Assembly (NCBI GenBank): GCA_965655095.1 | Contig: OZ296650.1 | Location: 19,406,001-19,470,000, forward strand | DNA from: Haplodiscus bocki | Lineage: Eukaryota | DNA: 64,000 nt | Direction of reading: 5' to 3' | Shown: positions 25,201 to 38,400 of the stretch, piece by piece | Position numbering within the stretch: the first letter of the stretch is position 1 | Layout of the letters: the number at the start of each line of letters is the position of its first letter | Made by a program: the position numbers and the translations under genes | Notes under the pieces: model-generated | The model's input: only the letters and a program-made list of their open reading frames with translations | Database searches by the model: none | Told to the model about the DNA's origin: nothing

Positions 25201-28200
25201 CTGTATTTGGATATCTGAGGTTTGTTGTGTCCCTACGATTGATGTCATCACTCGACAAATTGGTTAACTTTCTTCCAAAAGACAACTTCTCATACCTGCA
25301 CAGACATTTCAGGGACTGTTCTGACGACCAAAAGCGTCTATTGCACCGCAAAGGTGTCTATCCTTACACCTATTTTGATGATCATGTTAAATTCATGGAA
25401 AAGTTTTTTTACCACAGTTGAACTGTTGGAAAAATTCTTAACAGCAGGGATAAGTAAGCATGAGTCAAGACGAATGGGATCAGGCTTATCAGGTGTTCAA
25501 AAGCTTTGTTAGCAAAAACCTTGGAGATTACAATGACATATACTTAGAACAGACACTCTGTCACTAGCTTGCGTGGTGGAGGAGTTCCGTAATGTGTGTT
25601 ATGAGACCTTAAGTCAGTGAAGTGCTTACTCAACTTTAGAAGTGCAAATGATCACAATTGTTTTCTGTACTGCTTTATCGCTGCATGGCTTTCAAAGTAT
25701 GGTCCGTCGCTGCAGCCACCTGGTCAAGATGTGCATCGGTTGAAAACAAACCCGAGCACGTACTCCCCCTCTAACCCGCTGCCTCATCAACCAAAAGGTG
25801 AATTTGAAATGCCGATGGGAATTTGACAGATGTCAAGAATGAAAGAAACGAATACCTACAGAATCAACGCTTTAGAATATGGAAAGAAGGAACTGGTACC
25901 CATTCGTGTCAGCAAGAAATACGATACAGACTTTGACGTTGACTTATTCTTATTGGAGGATGGTCTAACTCATCACTATGTGCTCATAACAAACCTAAAA
26001 AATCTAATCTGCCGCGTAAATGATCGAACTCTGCCATCGGAAAATTGTCTGCCGAAACTGCTTTCATACATGTTCTTCAAAGGAATTATACGAGCGACAC
26101 TTTGTGAGCCGTTTCAACAATGAACCTGCCTTGATACAGATGCCAAAGCCGGAGGAAAACAATATCAAGGTCACAAACATTCAAGGTCGATGGTTCGCTC
26201 CAATAGTTATTTACTTTGATTTATAGTCCCTCATTCAACCGGTTTCCGGTTGTTTACAGGATGGTGAAAAAGCCACTACCATTGAAATACACAAAGCTTG
26301 TAGGTTTTGCTTAGTGGGGGTTGAGCATGGTCATCCTACACCAGTTTTAATTCAAGTTGATAGGTCAGAAGATTGCATGCGGAAATTAGTTGTGGCATTG
26401 AAATGAATTGCGCAAGATGTGCATGGTCAAAAGCATTCCAACAAGTATTTCAATGGTTTCATTCCTGAAAGCCCCCAGACCTCTCGAAGGTGCTGGATGT
26501 GCGACGGCTTCTTTGTTGAAGAAAGTCAAGTAGATAAAGAGCTAAACCATTGTCACTACGGTGGGGAATTCTTCGGCTATGCACACAACAAATGCAATCT
26601 CAAAAGAAGCACGCTCAATTCATTGCAATGATAGCACATATTCTCTCCAACTACGACCTACACCATTTGTTCAAAAAACTTCATCGGTTCGGGACAGAAT
26701 GGAAAATGGAAGTTATTCAATCAACAGACGAGAAATACATCAATTTGTCAGCAGTCGCACCGAAGCCAACGTACTAGGACAAGAACGGCGTAACGAAGAC
26801 TGTATTTGGATATCTGAGGTTTGTTGTGTCCCTACGATTGATGTCATCACTCGACAAATTGGTTACCTTTCTTCCAAAAGACAACTTCTCATACCTGCAC
26901 AGACATTTCAGGGACTGTTCTGACGACCAAAAGCGTCTATTGCACCGCAAATGTTTCTATCTTTACCCCTACTTTGATGATCATGGTAAATTCATGGAAA
27001 ATTTTTTTACCACCGTTGAACTGTTGGAAAAATTCTTAACAGCAGGGATAAGTAAGCATGAGTCAAGACGAATGGAATCAGGCTTATCAGGTGTTCAAAA
27101 GCTTTGTTAGCAAAAACCTTGGAGATTACAATGACATATACTTAGAACAGACACTCTGTCACTAGCTTGCGTGGTGGAGGAGTTCCCTAATGTGTGTTAT
27201 GAGACCTTAAGTCAGTGAAGTGCTTACTCAACTTTAGAAGTGCAAATGATCACAATTGTTTTCTGTACTGCTTTATCGCTGCATGGCTTTCAAAGTATGG
27301 TCCGTCGCTGCAGCCACCTAGTCAAGATGTGCATCGGTTGAAAACAAACCCGAGCACGTACTCCCCCTCTAACCCGCTGGCTCATCAACCAAAAGGTGAA
27401 TTTGAAATGCCGATGGGAATTTGACAGATGTCAAGAATGAAAGAAACGAATACCTACAGAATCAACGCTTTAGAATATGGAAAGAAGGAACTGGTACCCA
27501 TTCGTGTCAGCAAGAAATACGATACAGACTTTGACGTTGACTTATTCTTATTGGAGGATGGTCTAACTCATCACTATGTGCTCATAACAAACCTAAAAAA
27601 TCTAATCTGCCGCGTAAATGATCGAACTCTGCCATCGGAAAATTGTCTGCCGAAACTGCTTTCATACATGTTCTTCAAAGGAATTATACGAGCGACACTT
27701 TGTGAGCCGTTTCAACAATGAACCTGCCTTGATACAGATGCCAAAGCCGGAGGAAAACAATATCAAGGTCACAAACATTCAAGGTCGATGGTTCGCTCCA
27801 ATAGTTATTTACTTTGATTTATAGTCCCTCATTCAACCGGTTTCCGGTTGTTTACAGGATGGTGAAAAAGCCACTACCATTGAAATACACAAAGCTTGTA
27901 GGTTTTGCTTAGTGGGGGTTGAGCATGGTCATCCTACACCAGTTTTAATTCAAGTTGATAGGTCAGAAGATTGCATGCGGAAATTAGTTGTGGCATTGAA
28001 ATGAATTGCGCAAGATGTGCATGGTCAAAAGCATTCCAACAAGTATTTCAATGGTTTCATTCCTGAAAGCCCCCAGACCTCTCGAAGGTGCTGGATGTGC
28101 GACGGCTTCTTTGTTGAAGAAAGTCAAGTAGATAAAGAGCTAAACCATTGTCACTACGGTGGGGAATTCTTCGGCTATGCACACAACAAATGCAATCTCA

Positions 28201-31200
28201 AAAGAAGCACGCTCAATTCATTGCAATGATAGCACATATTCTCTCCAACTACGACCTACACCATTTGTTCAAAAAACTTCATCGGTTCGGGACAGAATGG
28301 AAAATGGAAGTTATTCAATCAACAGACGAGAAATACATCAATTTGTCAGCCGTCGTACCGAAGCCAACGTACTAGGACAAGAACGGCGTAACAAAGACTG
28401 TATTTGGATATCTGAGGTTTGTTGTGTCCCTACGATTGATGTCATCACTCGACAAATTGGTTACCTTTCTTCCAGTAGACAACTTCTCATAACTGCACAG
28501 CCATTTCATCAGGGACTGTTCTGATGACCAAAAGCGTCTATTGCACCGCAAAGGTGTCTAGTATTACACCTATTTTGATGATCCTGGTAAATTCATGGCG
28601 CAATATTTACCACCGTTGAACTGTTGAAAAAATTCTCAACAGCAGGGAGAAGTAAGCATCAGTCGAGACGAATGGAACCACGCTAATGAGGTGTTTATTA
28701 GTTTTGATCGCAAAAAGCTTGGATATTACCAGGAGCTATTCTTGGAACAGACACTCTGTTACTAGCATGCGTGGTGGAGGAGTTCCCTAAAATGTGTTAT
28801 GAGACCTTAAATCATTGAACTGCTTACTCAACATTAGTGGCCACCATGATCACAATTGTTGTAGATAATGCTCTCGCTGTAAGGCGTTCAAAGTATGGTC
28901 CATCGCTGCAGTCACCTGGTGAAGGTATGCGTCGGTTGAAAACAAACCCGAGCAGGTATTCCCCCTCTAACCCGCTGGCTCTTCAACCAAAAGGTGAATT
29001 TGAAATGCCGATGGGAATTGGACAGATGTCAAGATTTGATGAAATGGATCTCAAAAGCAACATTTTGGAATATGGAAACAAGGAACTGGTACCCAATCGT
29101 GTCAGCAAGAAATGCTATGCTGACTTTGACGTTGACTTATGCTTATTGGAGGATGGTCTAACTCATCACTATGCGCTCATAACAAACCTAAAAAATCTAA
29201 TCTGCCGCGTAAATGATCGAAATCTGCCATCGGAAAATTGTCTGCCGAAACTGCTTTCATCCATGTTCTTCAAAGGAATTATACGAACGACACTTCGTGA
29301 GCCGTTTCAACAATGAACCTGCCTTGATACAGATGCCAAAGCCGGAGGAAAACAATATCAATGTCACAAACATTCAAGGTCGATGGTTCGCTCCAATAGT
29401 TATTTACTTTGATTTATAGTCCCTCATTCAACCGGTTTTCGGTTGTTTACAGGATGGTGAAAAAGCCACTACCATTGAAATAGACAAAGCTTGTAGGTTT
29501 TGCTTAGTGGGGGTTGAGCATGGTAATCCTACACCAGTTTTAATTCAAGTTGATAGGTCAGAAGATTGCATGCGGAAATTAGTTGTGGCATTGAAATGAA
29601 TTGCGCAAGATGTGCATGGTCAAAAGCATTCCAACAAGTATTTCAATGATTTCATTCCTGAAAGCCCCCAGACCTCTCGAAGGTGCTGGATGAGCGACGG
29701 CTTCTTTGTTGAAGAAAGTCAAGTAGATAAAGAGCTAAACCATTGTCACTACGGTGGGGAATTCTTCGGCTATGCACACAACAAATGCAATCTCAAAAGA
29801 AGCACGCTCAATTCATTGCAATGATAGCACATATTCTCTCCAACTACGACCTACACCATTTGTTCAAAAAACTTCATCGGTTCGGGACAGAATGGAAAAT
29901 GGAAGTTATTCATTCAACAGACGAGAAATACATCAATTTGTCAGCAGTCGCACCGAAGCCAACGTACTAGGACAAGAACGGCGTAACGAAGACTGTATTT
30001 GGATATCTGAGGTTTGTTGTGTCCCTACGATTGATGTCATCACTCGACAAATTGGTTAACTTTCTTCCAAAAGACAACTTCTCATACCTGCACAGACATT
30101 TCAGGGACTGTTCTGACGACCAAAAGCGTCTATTGCACCGCAAAGGTGTCTATCCTTACACCTATTTTGATGATCATGTTAAATTCATGGAAAAGTTTTT
30201 TTACCACAGTTGAACTGTTGGAAAAATTCTTAACAGCAGGGATAAGTAAGCATGAGTCAAGACGAATGGGATCAGGCTTATCAGGTGTTCAAAAGCTTTG
30301 TTAGCAAAAACCTTGGAGATTACAATGACATATACTTAGAACAGACACTCTGTCACTAGCTTGCGTGGTGGAGGAGTTCCGTAATGTGTGTTATGAGACC
30401 TTAAGTCAGTGAAGTGCTTACTCAACTTTAGAAGTGCAAATGATCACAATTGTTTTCTGTACTGCTTTATCGCTGCATGGCTTTCAAAGTATGGTCCGTC
30501 GCTGCAGCCACCTGGTCAAGATGTGCATCGGTTGAAAACAAACCCGAGCACGTACTCCCCCTCTAACCCGCTGCCTCATCAACCAAAAGGTGAATTTGAA
30601 ATGCCGATGGGAATTTGACAGATGTCAAGAATGAAAGAAACGAATACCTACAGAATCAACGCTTTAGAATATGGAAAGAAGGAACTGGTACCCATTCGTG
30701 TCAGCAAGAAATACGATACAGACTTTGACGTTGACTTATTCTTATTGGAGGATGGTCTAACTCATCACTATGTGCTCATAACAAACCTAAAAAATCTAAT
30801 CTGCCGCGTAAATGATCGAACTCTGCCATCGGAAAATTGTCTGCCGAAACTGCTTTCATACATGTTCTTCAAAGGAATTATACGAGCGACACTTTGTGAG
30901 CCGTTTCAACAATGAACCTGCCTTGATACAGATGCCAAAGCCGGAGGAAAACAATATCAAGGTCACAAACATTCAAGGTCGATGGTTCGCTCCAATAGTT
31001 ATTTACTTTGATTTATAGTCCCTCAATCAACCGGTTTCCGGTTGTTTACAGGATGGTGAAAAAGCCACTACCATTGAAATACACAAAGCTTGTAGGTTTT
31101 GCTTAGTGGGGGTTGAGCATGGTCATCCTACACCAGTTTTAATTCAAGTTGATAGGTCAGAAGATTGCATGCGGAAATTAGTTGTGGCATTGAAATGAAT

Positions 31201-34200
31201 TGCGCAAGATGTGCATGGTCAAAAGCATTCCAACAAGTATTTCAATGATTTCATTCCTGAAAGCCCCCAGACCTCTCGAAGGTGCTGGATGTGCGACGGC
31301 TTCTTTGTTGAAGAAAGTCAAGTAGATAAAGAGCTAAACCATTGTCACTACGGTGGGGAATTCTTCGGCTATGCACACAACAAATGCAATCTCAAAAGAA
31401 GCACGCTCAATTCATTGCAATGATAGCACATATTCTCTCCAAGTACGACCTACACCATTTGTTCAAAAAACTTCATCGGTTCGGGACAGAATGGAAAATG
31501 GAAGTTATTCAATCAACAGACGAGAAATACATCAATTTGTCAGCAGTCGCACCGAAGCCAACGTACTAGGACAAGAACGGCGTAACAAAGACTGTATTTG
31601 GATATCTGAGGTTTGTTGTATCCCAACGATTGATGTCATCACTCGACAAATTGGTTACCTTTCTTCCAAAAGACAACTTCTCATACCTGCACAGTCATTT
31701 CAGGGACTGTTCTGACGACCAGAAGCGTCTATTGCACCGCAAAGGTTTCTATCTTTACCCCTACTTTGATGATCATGGTAAATTCATGGAAAATTTTTTT
31801 ACCACCGTTGAACTGTTGGAAAAATTCTTAACAGCAGGGATAAGTAAGCATGAGTCAAGACGAATGGAATCAGGCTTATCAGGTGTTCAAAAGCTTTGTT
31901 AGCAAAAACCTTGGAGATTACAATGACATATACTTAGAACAGACACTCTGTCACTAGCTTGCGTGGTGGAGGAGTTCCCTAATGTGTGTTATGAGACCTT
32001 AAGTCAGTGAAGTGCTTACTCAACTTTAGAAGTGCAAATGATCACAATTGTTTTCTGTACTGCTTTATCGCTGCATGGCTTTCAAAGTATGGTCCGTCGC
32101 TGCAGCCACCTGGTCAAGATGTGCATCGGTTGAAAACAAACCCGAGCACGTACTCCCCCTCTAACCCGCTGGCTCATCAACCAAAAGGTGAATTTGAAAT
32201 GCCGATGGGAATTTGACAGATGTCAAGAATGAAAGAAACGAATACCTACAGAATCAACGCTTTAGAATATGGAAAGAAGGAACTGGTACCCATTCGTGTC
32301 AGCAAGAAATACGATACAGACTTTGACGTTGACTTATTCTTATTGGAGGATGGTCTAACTCATCACTATGTGCTCATAACAAACCTAAAAAATCTAATCT
32401 GCCGCGTAAATGATCGAACTCTGCCATCGGAAAATTGTCTGCCGAAACTGCTTTCATACATGTTCTTCAAAGGAATTATACGAGCGACACTTTGTGAGCC
32501 GTTTCAACAATGAACCTGCCTTGATACAGATGCCAAAGCCGGAGGAAAACAATATCAAGGTCACAAACATTCAAGGTCGATGGTTCGCTCCAATAGTTAT
32601 TGACTTTGATTTATAGTCCCTCTTTCAACCGGTTTTCGGTTGTTTACAGGATGGTGAAAAAGCCACTACCATTGAAATACACAAAGCTTGTAGGTTTTCC
32701 TTAGTGCGGGTTGAGCATGGTCATCCTACACCAGTTTTAATTCAAGTTGATAGGTCAGAAGATTGCATGCGGAAATTAGTTGTGGCATTGAAATGAATTG
32801 CGCAAGATGTGCATGGTCAAAAGCATTCCAACAAGTATTTCAATGATTTCATTCCTGAAAGCCCCCAGACCTCTCGAAAGTGCTGGATGTGCGACGGCTT
32901 CTTTGTTGAAGAAAGTCAAGTAGATAAAGAGCTAAACCATTGTCACTACGGTGGGGAATTCTTCGGCTATGCACACAACAAATGCAATCTCAAAAGAAGC
33001 ACGCTCAATTCATTGCAATGATAGCACATATTCTCTCCAACTACGACCTACACCATTTGTTCAAAAAACTTCATCGGTTCGGGACAGAATGGAAAATGGA
33101 AGTTATTCAATCAACAGACGAGAAATACATCAATTTGTCAGCAGTCGTACCGAAGTCAACGTACTAGGACAGGAACGGCGTAACAAAGACTGTATTTGGA
33201 TATCTGAGGTTTGTTGTGTCCCTACGATTGATGTCATCACTCGACAAATTGGTTACCTTCCTTCCAGTAGACAACTTCTCTTAACTGCACAGCCATTTCA
33301 TCAGGGACTGTTCTGATGACCAAAAGCGTCCATTGCACCGCAAAGGTGTCTAGTATTACACCTATTTTGATGATCCTGGTAAATTCATGGCGCAATATTT
33401 ACCACCGTTGAACTGTTGAAAAAATTATCAACAGCAGGGAGAAGTAAGCATCAGTCGAGACGAATGGAATCACGCTAATGAGGTGTTTATTAGTTTTGAT
33501 CGCAAAAAGCTTGGAGATTACCAGGAGCTATTCTTGGAACAAACACTCTGTTTCTAGCATGCGTGGTGGAGGAGTTCCCTAAAATGTGTTATGAGACCTT
33601 AAATCATTGAACTGCTTAATCAACATTAGTGGCCACCATGATCACAATTGTTGTAGATAATGCTTTCGCTGCAGGGAATTCAAGGTATGGTCCATCGCTA
33701 CAGCCACCCGGTCAAGATATGCGTCGGTTGAAAACAAACCCGAGCACGTATTACCCCTCTAACCCGCTGGCTCTTCAACCAGAAGGTGATTTTGAAATGC
33801 CGATAGGAATTGGACAGATGTCAAGATTTGAAGAAATGGATCTCAAAATCAACATTTTGGAATATGGAAACAAGGAACTGGTACCCAATCGTGTCAGCAA
33901 GAAATGCTATGCTGACTTTGACGTTGACTTATGCTTATTGGAGTATGGTCTAACTCATCACTATGCGCTCATAACAAACCTAAAAAATCTAATCTGCCGC
34001 GTAAATGATCGAAATCTGCCATCGGAAAATTGTCTGCCGAAACTGCTTTCATCCATGTTCTTCAAAGGAATTATACGAACGACACTTCGTGAGCCGTTTC
34101 AACAATGAACCTGCCTTGATACAGATGCCAAAGCCGGAGGAAAACAATATCAAGGTCACAAACATTCAAGGTCGATGGTTCGCTCCAATAGTTATTTACT

Positions 34201-35199
34201 TTGATTTATAGTCCCTCATTCAACCGGTTTTCGGTTGTTTACAGGATGGTGAAAAAGCCACTACCATTGAAATAGACAAAGCTTGTAGGTTTTGCTTAGT
34301 GGGGGTTGAGCATGGTAATCCTACACCAGTTTTAATTCAAGTTGATAGGTCAGAAGATTGCATGCGGAAATTAGTTGTGGCATTGAAATGAATTGCGCAA
34401 GATGTGCATGGTCAAAAGCATTCCAACAAGTATTTCAATGATTTCATTCCTGAAAGCCCGCAGACCTCTCGAAAGTGCCGGATGTGCGACGGCGTCTTTG
34501 TTGAAGAAAGTCAAGTAGATAAAGAGCTAGACCATTGTCACTACGGTGGGGAATTCCTCGGCGATGCACACAACAAATGCAATCTCAAAAGAAGAAAGCT
34601 CAACTTCATTGCAATGATAGCACATATTCTCTCCAACTACGACCTACACCATTTGTTCAAAAAACTTCATCGGTTCGGGGCAGAATGGAAAATGGAAGTT
34701 ATTCCATCAACAGACGAGAAATACATCAATTTGTCAGCAGTCGTACCGAAGCGAACGTACTAGGACAAGAACGGCGTAACAAAGACTGTATTTGGATATC
34801 TGAGCTTTGTTGTGTCCCTACGATTGATGTCATCACTCGACAAATTGGTTACCTTTCTTCCAGAAGACAACTTCTCATACCTGCACAGACATTTCAGGGA
34901 CTGTTCCGACAACCAAAAGCGTCTGTTGCACCGCAAAGGTTTCTATCTTTACACCTATTTTGATGATCGTGGTAAATTCATGGAAAATTTTTTACCACCG
35001 TTGAACTGTTGGAAAAATTCTTAACAGCAGGGATAAGTAAGCATGAGTCAAGACGAATGGAATCAGGCTTATCAGGTGTTCAAAAGCTTTGTTAGCAAAA
35101 ACCTTGGAGATTACAATGACATATACTTAGAACAGACACTCTGTCACTAGCTTGCGTGGTGGAGGAGTTCCCTAATGTGTGTTATGAGACCTTAAGTCA

Positions 35200-35580
35200 G
35201 TGAAGTGCTTACTCAACTTTAGAAGTCCCAATGATCACAATTGTTTCATATACTGTTTTGTCGCTGCAAGGCCTTCAAAGTATGGTCCGTCCCTGCAGCC
35301 ACCTGGTCGAGATATGCATCGGTTGAAAACGAACCCGAGCACGTACTCCCCCTCTAACCCGCTGGCTCATCAACCAAAAAGTGAATTTTAAATGCCGATG
35401 GGAATTTGACAGATGTCAAGAGTAAAAGAAACAAATCCCTACAAAATCAACGCTTTGGAATATGGAAAGAAGGAACTGGTACCCATTCGTGTCAACAAGA
35501 AATACGATACAGACTTTGACGTTGACTTCTTCTTATTGGAGGATGGTCTAACTCATCACTATGTGCTCATAACAAACCTA
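35200..35580 (+). other. vOTU-like cysteine protease domain remnant (example in U23)
   Basis: NDHNCF (D-x-x-C, Cys codon at 35242) and THHYVLI (His-Tyr at 35557-35562). Polinton pPolBs are known to carry a vOTU domain upstream of the exonuclease. Confidence 0.65.
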
Positions 35581-35787
35581 AAAAATCTAATCTGTCGCCT
35601 AAATGATCGAACTCTGCCATCGGAAGATTGTCTCCGCCGAAACTGCTTTCATACATGTTCTTCAAAGGAATTATACGAGCGACACTTTGTGAGCCGTTTC
35701 AACAATGAACCTGCCTTGATACAGACGCCAAAGCCGGAGGAAAACAATATGAAGGTCACAAACATTCAAGGTCGATGGTTCGCTCCA

Positions 35788-36790
35788 ATAGTTATTGACT
35801 TTGATTTATAGTCCCTCTTTCAACCGGTTTTCGGTTGTTTACAGGATGGTGAAAAAGCCACTACCATTGAAATACACAAAGCTTGTGGGTTTTGCTTAGT
35901 GGGGGTTGAGCATGGTAATCCTACACCAGTTTTAATTCAAGTTGATAGGTCAGAAGATTGCATGCGGAATTTAGTTGTGGCATTGAAATGAATTGCGCAA
36001 GATGTGCATGGTCAAAAGCATTCCAACAAGTATTTCAATGATTTCATTCCTGAAAGCCCGCAGACCTCTCGAAAGTGCCGGATGTGCGACGGCGTCTTTG
36101 TTGAAGAAAGTCAAGTAGATAAAGAGCTAGACCATTGTCACTACGGTGGGGAATTCCTCGGCTATGCACACAACAAATGCAATCTCAAAAGAAGAAAGCT
36201 CAACTTCATTGCAATGATAGCACATATTCTCTCCAACTACGACCTACACCATTTGTTCAAAAAACTTCATCGGTTCGGGGCAGAATGGAAAATGGAAGTT
36301 ATTCCATCAACAGACGAGAAATACATCAATTTGTCAGCAGTCGTACCGAAGCCAACGTACTAGGACAAGAACGGCGTAACAAAGACTGTATTTGGATATC
36401 TGAGGTTTGTTGTGTCCCTACGATTGATGTCATCACTCGACAAATTGGTTACCTTCCTTCCAGTAGACAACTTCTCGTACCTGCACAGCCATTTCAGGGA
36501 CTATTCTGTTGACCGAAAGCGTCGATTGCACCGCAAAGGTGTCTATCCTTACACCTATTTTGATGATCATGTTAAATTCATGGAAAATTTTTTACCACCG
36601 TTGAACTGTTGGAAAAATTCTTAACAGCAGGGATAAGTAAGCATGAGTCAAGACGAATGGAATCAGGCTTATCAGGTGTTTAAAAGCTTTGTTAGCAAAA
36701 ACCTTGGAGATTACAATGACATATACTTAGAACAGACACTCTGTCACTAGCTTGCGTGGTGGAGGAGTTCCCTGATGTGTGTTATGAGAC
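35788..36790 (+). other. DnaQ-like 3'-5' exonuclease region of pPolB, disabled (example in U23)
   Basis: ExoI D-L-stop at 35803-35811; ExoII H-I-L-S-N-Y-D at 36223-36243; RKGVYPY at ~36532; ExoIII Y-L-/-T-D at ~36724-36740, frameshifted. Confidence 0.8.
36076..36189 (+). other. Endonuclease VII (His-Me finger) domain inserted in the exonuclease (example in U23; long units only)
   Basis: Translates to CRMC...ELDHCHYGGEFLGYAHNKCNLK, with the CxxC, DHCH and H-x-x-C-N motifs of the EndoVII family. Confidence 0.85.
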
Positions 36791-38400
36791 CTTAAGTCAG
36801 TGAAGTGCTTACTCAACTTCAGAAGTCCCAATGATCACAATTGTTTCATATACTATTTTGTCGCTGCAAGGCCTTCAAAGTATGGTCCGTCCCTGCAGCC
36901 ACCTGGTCAAGATATGCATCGGTTGAAAACGAACCCGAGCACGTACTCCCCCTCTAACCCGCTGGCTCATCAACCAAAAAGTGAATTTTAAATGCCGATG
37001 GGAATTTGACAGATGTCAAGAGTAAAAGAAACAAATCCCTACAAAATAAACGCTTTGGGATATGGAAAGAAGGAACTGGTACCCATTCGTGTCAACAAGA
37101 AATACGATACAGACTTTGACGTTGACTTCTTCTTATTGGAGCATGGTCTAACTCATCACTATGTGCTCATAACAAACCTAAAAAATCTAATCTGTCGCGT
37201 AAATGATCGAACTCTGCCATCGGAAGATTGTCTCTGCCGAAACTGCTTTCATACATGTTCTTCAAAGGAATTATACGAGCGACACTTTGTGAGCCGTTTC
37301 AACAATGAACCTGCCTTGATACAGACGCCAAAGCCGGAGGAAAACAATATGAAGGTCACAAACATTCAAGGTCGATGGTTCGCTCCAATAGTTATTGACT
37401 TTGATTTATAGTCCCTCTTTCAACCGGTTTTCGGTTGTTTACAGGATGGTGAAAAAGCCACTACCATTGAAATACACAAAGCTTGTGGGTTTTGCTTAGT
37501 GGGGGTTGAGCATGGTAATCCTACACCAGTTTTAATTCAAGTTGATAGGTCAGAAGATTGCATGCGGAATTTAGTTGTGGCATTGAAATGAATTGCGCAA
37601 GATGTGCATGGTCAAAAGCATTCCAACAAGTATTTCAATGATTTCATTCCTGAAAGCCCCCAGACCTCTCGAAAGTGTCGGATGTGCGACGGCGTCTTTG
37701 TTGAAGAAAGTCAAGTAGATAAAGAGCTAGACCATTGTCACTACGGTGGGGAATTCCTCGGCGATGCACACAACAAATGCAATCTCAAAAGAAGAAAGCT
37801 CAACTTCATTGCAATGATAGCACATATTCTCTCCAACTACGACCTACACCATTTGTTCAAAAAACTTCATCGGTTCGGGGCAGAGTGGAAAATGGAAGTT
37901 ATTCCATCAACAGACGAGAAATACATCAATTTGTCAGCAGTCGTACCGAAGCGAACGTACTAGGACAGGAACGGCGTAACAAAGACTGTATTTGGATATC
38001 TGAGGTTTGTTGTGTCCCTACGATTGATGTCATCACTCGACAAATTGGTTACCTTCCTTCCAGTAGACAACTTCTCGTACCTGCACAGCCATTTCAGGGA
38101 CTATTCTGTTGACCGAAAGCGTCGATTGCACCGCAAAGGTGTCTATCCTTACACCTATTTTGATGATCATGTTAAATTCATGGAAAATTTTTTTACCACC
38201 GTTGAACTGTTGGAAAAATTCTCAACATCAGGGAGAAGTAAGCATCAGTCGAGACGAATGGAATCACGCTAAAGAGGTGTTTATTAGTTTTGATCGCAAA
38301 AAGCTTGGAGATTACCAGGAGCTATTCCTGGAACAGACACTCTGTTACTAGCATGCGTGGTGGAGGAGTTCCCTAAAATGTGTTATGAGAGCTTAAATCA

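Larger units (their letters stand above)
35200..36799 (+). pseudogene. pPolB: Representative, least-frameshifted long monomer (U23, A head): pPolB fragment of ~530 codons
   Basis: ORFs at 35200, 35413, 36004 and 36412 share one frame. In-frame stops at 35389, 35407, 35809, 35989, 36361, 36622 and 36634. The single frameshift is at ~36730 in ExoIII. Confidence 0.9.
19234..38400 (+). repeat. U13-U24: four B-A-A trimers of long monomers (higher-order repeat, period 4789-4794 bp)
   Basis: B heads at 19234, 24023, 28815, 33607 (next at 38401), each followed by two A heads. ORF translations repeat at +4792. Confidence 0.92.
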
